A stretch of 5,132 nt of DNA, taken from IMG/VR virus record IMGVR_UViG_2671180435_000009. One strand, written 5' to 3'. The notes under the pieces are model-generated. The model made no database searches, was not told the DNA's origin, and was given only the letters and a program-made list of their open reading frames with translations. Both the position numbers and the translations under genes were made by a program. This DNA comes from a virus (taxonomy: Duplodnaviria > Heunggongvirae > Uroviricota > Caudoviricetes). Positions 1 through 5,132 of this stretch are shown here, in pieces (position 1 is the stretch's first letter; the number at the start of each line of letters is the position of its first letter).

Positions 1-32
1 GTAATTGAAGCCTGATAGCTAATTTCACTCAC
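1..32 (-). CDS. 5' end of an unidentified gene running off the left edge (partial)
   Basis: Minus-strand AGGAGG (40-45) sits 7 nt upstream of GTG at 32-30. That GTG overlaps the TGA stop (31-29) of the upstream gene as GTGA, a typical coupling arrangement. Only about 10 codons are visible (VSEISYQASI...). A GTG at 28-26 is an alternative start. Confidence 0.25.
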   Translation of the reverse strand, partial: MSEISYQASI

Positions 33-1159
33 AGTACCGCCTCCTGAAAATCACCCTGATAGAAAGCCGGTACACGCTGCATAACTTCANNNNNNNNNNN
101 NNNNNNNNNNNNNNNNNNNNNNNNNNNNNNNNNNNNNNNNNNNNNNNNNNNNNNNNNNNNNNNNNNNNNNNNNNNNNNNNNNNNNNNNNNNNNNNNNNNN
201 NNNNNNNNNNNNNNNNNNNNNNNNNNNNNNNNNNNNNNNNNNNNNNNNNNNNNNNNNNNNNNNNNNNNNNNNNNNNNNNNNNNNNNNNNNNNNNNNNNNN
301 NNNNNNNNNNNNNNNNNNNNNNNNNNNNNNNNNNNNNNNNNNNNNNNNNNNNNNNNNNNNNNNNNNNNNNNNNNNNNNNNNNNNNNNNNNNNNNNNNNNN
401 NNNNNNNNNNNNNNNNNNNNNNNNNNNNNNNNNNNNNNNNNNNNNNNNNNNNNNNNNNNNNNNNNNNNNNNNNNNNNNNNNNNNNNNNNNNNNNNNNNNN
501 NNNNNNNNNNNNNNNNNNNNNNNNNNNNNNNNNNNNNNNNNNNNNNNNNNNNNNNNNNNNNNNNNNNNNNNNNNNNNNNNNNNNNNNNNNNNNNNNNNNN
601 NNNNNNNNNNNNNNNNNNNNNNNNNNNNNNNNNNNNNNNNNNNNNNNNNNNNNNNNNNNNNNNNNNNNNNNNNNNNNNNNNNNNNNNNNNCCTGTACCGG
701 TAACGCAACACCTGCTGGCTGAGGAAAGACTTTACCATCCGTTTCCGCTATGGATGCGGCTTTCGGCTCTGCCGGTAAATCAGCGCCCGGNNNNNACCGA
801 AATTTACCGCCCTGATTCACGCGAATCAGACGCCCTTTGCTGATTGCCATGGCCAGCGATGAATTCGCCCGGCGGGAGGTAATCCCGAACATCAGTGCCA
901 GCTCATCCGCCGTTTGTGGGCCATGTTGTTCAATCGCCTCAGTCAGCATTTGCGCTGTCACTTTCGGTACCGGTGACACTGGTTCACTTTCACCAGCCTG
1001 AATCAGCCACCACATCGAACCCTTGTTATCCGCTTCACCACGGCGCTTCAGTTTCCACAGTTCGTTGACCGCATCTTCACGGCTGATTCCAAGGCGGGAC
1101 GCCACCACATGTGAAGAGGCTCTTTTCAGTGCTTTCAGTGCGTCAAATACAGTTTCCAT
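29..1159 (-). CDS. hypothetical protein with two N-terminal winged-helix-like repeats; over half the gene is masked
   Basis: ATG at 1159-1157 is preceded by GGAGG (1172-1168) with 8 nt spacing, 21 nt after the dnaC-like stop. The ORF track starts at TTG 1177, which I consider less likely. The frame is open from 1159 to the mask at 690 and the same coordinate frame ends at TGA 31-29. The visible N-terminus (METVFDALKALKRASSHVVASRLGISREDAVNELWKLKRRGE... and ...MLTEAIEQHGPQTADELALMFGITSRRANSSLAMAISKGRLIRVN) looks like two HTH/winged-helix units followed by a Pro/Ala-rich linker. Continuity across 90-690 and 791-795 cannot be verified. Confidence 0.5.
   Translation of the reverse strand: METVFDALKALKRASSHVVASRLGISREDAVNELWKLKRRGEADNKGSMWWLIQAGESEPVSPVPKVTAQMLTEAIEQHGPQTADELALMFGITSRRANSSLAMAISKGRLIRVNQGGKFRXXPGADLPAEPKAASIAETDGKVFPQPAGVALPVQXXXXXXXXXXXXXXXXXXXXXXXXXXXXXXXXXXXXXXXXXXXXXXXXXXXXXXXXXXXXXXXXXXXXXXXXXXXXXXXXXXXXXXXXXXXXXXXXXXXXXXXXXXXXXXXXXXXXXXXXXXXXXXXXXXXXXXXXXXXXXXXXXXXXXXXXXXXXXXXXXXXXXXXXXXXXXXXXXXXXXXXXXXXXXXXXXXXXXXXXXEVMQRVPAFYQGDFQEAVL
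90..690. other. masked or undetermined bases (601 N)
   Basis: Run of N in the supplied sequence; lies inside the 29..1159 ORF. Confidence 1.
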
Positions 1160-1180
1160 TAAAACATCCTCCAACAAAAA

Positions 1181-1927
1181 TTACTTCACAACTCCCGGAA
1201 AGCTGACATTTGAACGCCAGCTATCCCAGTTAAACGTCACCCACCGACAACCGTTCATGGTCATGCGGTCCATAATCCTCTCACCAAGAAGCGTGCTCAT
1301 TGCGGCATGATTCAGGTTTGTTAACATCCCGACACTGCACAGTGATGCTGTCCGGCGATCAATTATCTGGTGCAATACCACCTGCTCGTTTTTCGTCTCC
1401 CGCTGAATGCCTATTTCATCCAGGACCAGCAAATCAACCCCGCAAAGCTCCTGTAAAAATTTTTCACCGGATTTGCCGTTGTCGTAGCTGTCATGCAACA
1501 CGCTCATGACATCAGACTCGGTGACGATAATCACGCTGCGCCCCTTCGCCATCAGCCGGTTACCCATCGCCGCTGCAAGGTGATTTTTCCCGGTGCCGGT
1601 TTTACCGCTGAACACAAAATTCGTGCACCCGGTCATCAGTTCGTCAGCTATGGATTTGGCCTGGCTCAGCGCGTATTTTTGCCCGTCGTTCTGCACCTGA
1701 TAATTCGCAAACGAGCATTTGCTGTGCAGAGGCTGGATGCCCGAACGATTCAGGATTTTTTCCACCCGCAACTGGCGATTCTGGCGGTTAATCTCCTCGC
1801 TGCGTTTTCGTCCTTCAGCAAGTTGCCATTCCCGCCACTCCTCCACCGTCCGGTACGGTGGAACCGCCCCCTGTGGTGCAAGTCTGTGAATACGTTCAAG
1901 AACCCCGGCTGCCGCAATGTTTTTCAT
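1181..1927 (-). CDS. dnaC: DnaC-family AAA+ helicase loader (prophage-type DnaC paralog)
   Basis: Complete 248-aa ORF with ATG at 1927 and TAA at 1183-1181, with a G-rich SD (GGGGGTG) upstream. Walker A FSGKTGTGKNHLAAA and Walker B VDLLVLDEIG are present. Blocks NRSGIQPLHSKCSFANYQV, GMLTNLN, LLGERIMDRM and FNWDSWRS match E. coli DnaC as I remember it (NRSGIRPLHQNCSFENYRV, GMLTNSN, LLGERVMDRM, FNWDSYRS), and the N-terminus MKNI... matches MKNV.... This is from memory, not a database search. Confidence 0.93.
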   Translation of the reverse strand: MKNIAAAGVLERIHRLAPQGAVPPYRTVEEWREWQLAEGRKRSEEINRQNRQLRVEKILNRSGIQPLHSKCSFANYQVQNDGQKYALSQAKSIADELMTGCTNFVFSGKTGTGKNHLAAAMGNRLMAKGRSVIIVTESDVMSVLHDSYDNGKSGEKFLQELCGVDLLVLDEIGIQRETKNEQVVLHQIIDRRTASLCSVGMLTNLNHAAMSTLLGERIMDRMTMNGCRWVTFNWDSWRSNVSFPGVVK

Positions 1928-1933
1928 GCCACA

Positions 1934-3057
1934 TCACCCCCTGAATCCCGGCGGAATTTCGGTATCCGGTTCAGAAATATGATTCACACAACGCTGGTTG
2001 TTCGTGCCGCTTACCGGGAGCAACCAGGGGTTTTCAAAATTCCGGTCCGGCCCAAAAAACGNNNNNNNNNNNNNNNNNNNNNNNNNNNNNNNNNNNNNNN
2101 NNNNNNNNNNNNNNNNNNNNNNNNNNNNNNNNNNNNNNNNNNNNNNNNNNNNNNNNNNNNNNNNNNNNNNNNNNNNNNNNNNNNNNNNNNNNNNNNNNNN
2201 NNNNNNNNNNNNNNNNNNNNNNNNNNNNNNNNNNNNNNNNNNNNNNNNNNNNNNNNNNNNNNNNNNNNNNNNNNNNNNNNNNNNNNNNNNNNNNNNNNNN
2301 NNNNNNNNNNNNNNNNNNNNNNNNNNNNNNNNNNNNNNNNNNNNNNNNNNNNNNNNNNNNNNNNNNNNNNNNNNNNNNNNNNNNNNNNNNNNNNNNNNNN
2401 AGGCTGCTGCAGTTGGAGTGATTGCTCCGGCCTTGCGGTCATCACCTGCTGCACAGCGCCCGAATCGGCTTTCAGCGCATACGCTGAATCGGCTTCCGGT
2501 GTCGAGCCTGCTGGCTGACCAGGATTGACGGTCTGAACATCCCCTGCCTGGTTCGTGGCGTTTTTTACGCCATGGACCATAGTGTTTTGATCTTCTTTAT
2601 CTGTATCTTTATCTGTATCTGTCGTGACTCGTCGTGACATGTGCGTGACATTTCGTGACGCGCCGTGACAATCGCCATTTTGTTCCCGCTTTCTTTCCCT
2701 CTCTCGCTGCGCCCTCTTGCGCTCTGCAGGAGATTTTGCGGTTTGCGAAATATTGCCGTTGTCCTCTTTAAGCACCTGGCGTTTTTCCCATCCAGTGATT
2801 AAATCACCATCAAGTACCCGCCCCTGCATCGTCTGCAAAATTGAATCAATTACCTCTTCTGTCACGTCGAGCGCACTTGCCAAATCTTCTGTCGTGACAT
2901 CAATGTGACCTCGCGTGACATTTCGTGACGCGCTCACCAGGAGGTGGATATACACTGCCATCACTGTTGCAATTGGCTGCCCTGACACCCTGGCAATTGT
3001 TCGCCACTTAGGGTCATTTGGCATGTCATGCCATAATCTGAGCCAGGCGTTAGCCAT
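1934..3057 (-). CDS. phage replisome organizer (O-like N-terminal domain) with DnaT-like C-terminal tail; reading frame changes inside the masked block 2062-2400
   Basis: ATG at 3057-3055 follows an SD (AAGAGGTG, 3068-3061). The ORF track starts at GTG 3063. The N-terminus MANAWLRLWHDMPNDPKWRTIARVSGQ... fits the pattern I associate with phage replisome-organizer N-terminal domains. Downstream of the mask, a different frame reads ...NQRCVNHISEPDTEIPPGFRG and stops at TGA 1936-1934, 6 nt before the dnaC-like ATG. This closely matches the E. coli DnaT C-terminus as I recall it (...RDVNTVSEPDSQIPPGFRG). The ORF-track end at 2011 (tail RFLGRTGILKTPGCSR) is in the N-terminal frame and is probably spurious. 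One gene or two cannot be resolved because of the mask. Confidence 0.7.
2062..2400. other. masked or undetermined bases (339 N)
   Basis: Run of N; hides the junction between the organizer N-terminal frame and the DnaT-like tail frame. Confidence 1.
2596..2619. repeat. 2 x 12-bp perfect tandem repeat TTTATCTGTATC in an AT-rich tract
   Basis: Read directly: 2596-2607 and 2608-2619 are identical. On the coding strand they encode DTDK DTDK. The tract lies immediately beside the iteron array. Confidence 0.8.
2621..2670. repeat. iteron array: 5 direct CGTGAC copies at 10-11 bp spacing; putative phage origin inside the organizer gene
   Basis: CGTGAC at 2623-2628, 2633-2638, 2644-2649, 2654-2659 and 2664-2669, all in the same orientation at roughly one helical turn, flanked by the AT-rich tract 2581-2620. 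The layout resembles lambda ori, which lies within gene O. Confidence 0.6.
2861..2933. repeat. second iteron cluster: 1 inverted copy (GTCACG 2861-2866) plus 4 direct copies
   Basis: CGTGAC or GTGAC at 2893-2898, 2905-2909, 2914-2919 and 2924-2929, with 10-11 bp spacing. A 21-bp exact copy of part of the first array (GCGTGACATTTCGTGACGCGC) occurs at 2643-2663 and 2913-2933. Confidence 0.5.
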
Positions 3058-3128
3058 ACTCACCTCTTCTGATACCGAATCTTTTTACTCACGAGTTGCC
3101 GGGAGCGATTCGATATGGCTATTGTCAG

Positions 3129-3408
3129 TCAATGTACTGCCACAGCATTTCCTGCCGGGCCACCACGGTTCATCTGATTGAAACCGGCGATTGCCACTGC
3201 GACAAAATCATCAGCGTCTCTCACCAGTCGTTCATGCGTCTCCACCAGTTCCCGAAAATAAGCTGAACTGTGGCTGCGCATTCGAGCCACCAGCGGAGGT
3301 GGCATTGCCCTTTCGATCGCAGGTAACAACGCCTGAATTTTTTCAACAGCGTCAGGGGTGTCTTTATCCAGCCAACGGAAAATCTTTTGGGTGTTGAGAT
3401 AAAGCGTG
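3129..3408 (-). CDS. 3' portion of an unidentified gene immediately upstream of the organizer gene (position of a CII/YdaT-like regulator); 5' end masked
   Basis: The minus frame is open from the mask edge at 3408 to TGA 3131-3129, giving 92 visible codons (...TLYLNTQKIFRWLDKDTPDAVEKIQALLPAIERAMPPPLVARMRSHSSAYFRELVETHERLVRDADDFVAVAIAGFNQMNRGGPAGNAVAVH). The ORF-track TTG start at 3329 is an artefact, since the frame is open upstream of it. No family recognised. Confidence 0.45.
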
Positions 3409-4586
3409 NNNNNNNNNNNNNNNNNNNNNNNNNNNNNNNNNNNNNNNNNNNNNNNNNNNNNNNNNNNNNNNNNNNNNNNNNNNNNNNNNNNNNNNNNNNN
3501 NNNNNNNNNNNNNNNNNNNNNNNNNNNNNNNNNNNNNNNNNNNNNNNNNNNNNNNNNNNNNNNNNNNNNNNNNNNNNNNNNNNNNNNNNNNNNNNNNNNN
3601 NNNNNNNNNNNNNNNNNNNNNNNNNNNNNNNNNNNNNNNNNNNNNNNNNNNNNNNNNNNNNNNNNNNNNNNNNNNNNNNNNNNNNNNNNNNNNNNNNNNN
3701 NNNNNNNNNNNNNNNNNNNNNNNNNNNNNNNNNNNNNNNNNNNNNNNNNNNNNNNNNNNNNNNNNNNNNNNNNNNNNNNNNNNNNNNNNNNNNNNNNNNN
3801 NNNNNNNNNNNNNNNNNNNNNNNNNNNNNNNNNNNNNNNNNNNNNNNNNNNNNNNNNNNNNNNNNNNNNNNNNNNNNNNNNNNNNNNNNNNNNNNNNNNN
3901 NNNNNNNNNNNNNNNNNNNNNNNNNNNNNNNNNNNNNNNNNNNNNNNNNNNNNNNNNNNNNNNNNNNNNNNNNNNNNNNNNNNNNNNNNNNNNNNNNNNN
4001 NNNNNNNNNNNNNNNNNNNNNNNNNNNNNNNNNNNNNNNNNNNNNNNNNNNNNNNNNNNNNNNNNNNNNNNNNNNNNNNNNNNNNNNNNNNNNNNNNNNN
4101 NNNNNNNNNNNNNNNNNNNNNNNNNNNNNNNNNNNNNNNNNNNNNNNNNNNNNNNNNNNNNNNNNNNNNNNNNNNNNNNNNNNNNNNNNNNNNNNNNNNN
4201 NNNNNNNNNNNNNNNNNNNNNNNNNNNNNNNNNNNNNNNNNNNNNNNNNNNNNNNNNNNNNNNNNNNNNNNNNNNNNNNNNNNNNNNNNNNNNNNNNNNN
4301 NNNNNNNNNNNNNNNNNNNNNNNNNNNNNNNNNNNNNNNNNNNNNNNNNNNNNNNNNNNNNNNNNNNNNNNNNNNNNNNNNNNNNNNNNNNNNNNNNNNN
4401 NNNNNNNNNNNNNNNNNNNNNNNNNNNNNNNNNNNNNNNNNNNNNNNNNNNNNNNNNNNNNNNNNNNNNNNNNNNNNNNNNNNNNNNNNNNNNNNNNNNN
4501 NNNNNNNNNNNNNNNNNNNNNNNNNNNNNNNNNNNNNNNNNNNNNNNNNNNNNNNNNNNNNNNNNNNNNNNNNNNNNNNNNNNNNN
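3409..4586. other. masked or undetermined bases (1178 N)
   Basis: Run of N; the largest hidden block, bordered by genes entering it from both sides. Confidence 1.
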
Positions 4587-4611
4587 GCCTAAATCAGAGG
4601 AGATATGTAAA

Positions 4612-5010
4612 ATGAGTACAGTCCTTTCCCCAATGGTTTCAGAATTTGAGACAGTTGAGCAAGAAAATAGTTACAANNNNNNNNNNNNNNNNNNNNNNNN
4701 NNNNNNNNNNNNNNNNNNNNNNNNNNNNNNNNNNNNNNNNNNNNNNNNNNNNNNNNNNNNNNNNNNNNNNNNNNNNNNNNNNNNNNNNNNNNNNNNNNNN
4801 NNNNNNNNNNNNNNNNNNNNNNNNNNNNNNNNNNNNNNNNNNNNNNNNNNNNNNNNNNNNNNNNNNNNNNNNNNNNNNNNNNNNNNNNNNNNNNNNNNNN
4901 NNNNNNNNNNNNNNNNNNNNNNNNNNNNNNNNNNNNNNNNNNNNNNNNNNNNNNNNNNNNNTACCTGTATCCTCCAAGCGAGCGAGTTCTTGGTCTTCGT
5001 GAAATTGTAA
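4612..5010 (+). CDS. hypothetical small protein (about 132 aa if continuous), middle masked, lower-GC region
   Basis: ATG at 4612 follows GAGGAG (4597-4602) with 9 nt spacing. The ATG overlaps a TGA (4613-4615) that would terminate an upstream plus-strand frame coming out of the mask. Visible N-terminus is MSTVLSPMVSEFETVEQENSY. The same coordinate frame is open beyond the mask and ends at TAA 5008-5010 (...TCILQASEFLVFVKL). Continuity is unverifiable. Confidence 0.3.
   Translation: MSTVLSPMVSEFETVEQENSYXXXXXXXXXXXXXXXXXXXXXXXXXXXXXXXXXXXXXXXXXXXXXXXXXXXXXXXXXXXXXXXXXXXXXXXXXXXXXXXXXXXXXXXXXXXXXXXXTCILQASEFLVFVKL
4677..4961. other. masked or undetermined bases (285 N)
   Basis: Run of N inside the putative 4612..5010 ORF. 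Confidence 1.
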
Positions 5011-5132
5011 CTCATCCTAACTACATCATCCTTTACCGAGTAACAGCATCAAGCATAGAAGTAGTAAATATTGTGCATTCTCGAAGACAGTATCCAGGCA
5101 AAAACAGTTAATTATTCCCGCCGACAGAACCA

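Noticed and set aside
25-738. Minus ORF 25..738 (alternative frame at the left end)
   Set aside because: It is mostly mask. The readable tail (KLCSVYRLSIRVIFRRRYCE) is less protein-like than the overlapping frame, which ends in a coupled stop/start with AGGAGG.
2011-2061. ORF-track C-terminus of the organizer ORF (tail RFLGRTGILKTPGCSR, stop at 2011)
   Set aside because: A different frame over the same bases gives a clearly DnaT-like tail ending next to the dnaC-like start. The track's tail is most likely a frame artefact of translating through the mask.
1023-2528. Plus-strand ORFs 1023..1310, 1300..1509, 1493..2518 and 1998..2528 from the ORF track
   Set aside because: They are antisense to the well-supported DnaC-like and organizer genes. 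The long ones are long only because N runs translate as X and cannot contain stops. No RBS support or recognisable protein features.
2556-2572. Short inverted repeat TGGCG-TTTTTTA-CGCCA, possible hairpin
   Set aside because: Only a 5-bp stem, located inside coding sequence, with no downstream U-tract on either strand. Not a credible intrinsic terminator.
2621-2933. Possibility that the CGTGAC repeats represent a CRISPR array
   Set aside because: The repeat unit is about 6-8 bp with a 10-11 bp period and no spacers of CRISPR size. The pattern is that of iterons, not a CRISPR array.
3058-3128. Inverted repeat CGAATC...GATTCG in the intergenic region upstream of the organizer gene
   Set aside because: A 6-bp stem with a loop of about 23 nt and no flanking T-tract. 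Too weak to call a terminator or operator without comparative data.
3129-3329. TTG start at 3329 for the 66-aa minus ORF
   Set aside because: The same frame stays open upstream to the mask edge at 3408. The TTG is simply the first start-like codon after the N run, so the gene is reported instead as a 3' fragment.
2717-3397. Plus-strand ORFs 2717..2908, 2915..3181 and 3191..3397
   Set aside because: Antisense to the organizer gene and to the open minus frame at 3129..3408. Their compositions are not protein-like and they lack convincing starts.
3387-5015. ORFs 3387..4592, 3406..5010 (534 aa), 4639..4977, 4646..5002 and 4671..5015
   Set aside because: They consist almost entirely of X from N-masked sequence. 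Only the readable ends of 3406..5010 were used, for the 4612..5010 call. The minus ORF from ATG 5015 has no RBS and is less supported than the plus frame.

Overview
About 47% of this 5,132-nt window is N-masked (90-690, 791-795, 2062-2400, 3409-4586, 4677-4961), so only ~2.7 kb can be read. The readable part looks like the replication module of a lambdoid-type prophage, probably enterobacterial, with all supported genes on the minus strand. From high to low coordinates: the 3' part of an unidentified gene (3408->3129), a replisome-organizer gene with internal origin-like iterons and a DnaT-like C-terminal tail (3057->1934), a clear DnaC-family helicase loader (1927->1181), and a mostly masked hypothetical protein (1159->29) that appears translationally coupled to a further gene leaving the left edge. 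The right end (4587-5132) is visibly lower in GC and holds a plus-strand gene start at 4612. I did not find a novel system in the readable sequence; any accessory or immunity-region system would sit in the 3409-4586 and 4677-4961 masks and cannot be assessed. Protein family calls rest on remembered similarity to E. coli DnaC and DnaT, not on a search. The most concrete oddity is that the organizer N-terminus and its DnaT-like tail lie in different reading frames across the 2062-2400 mask.
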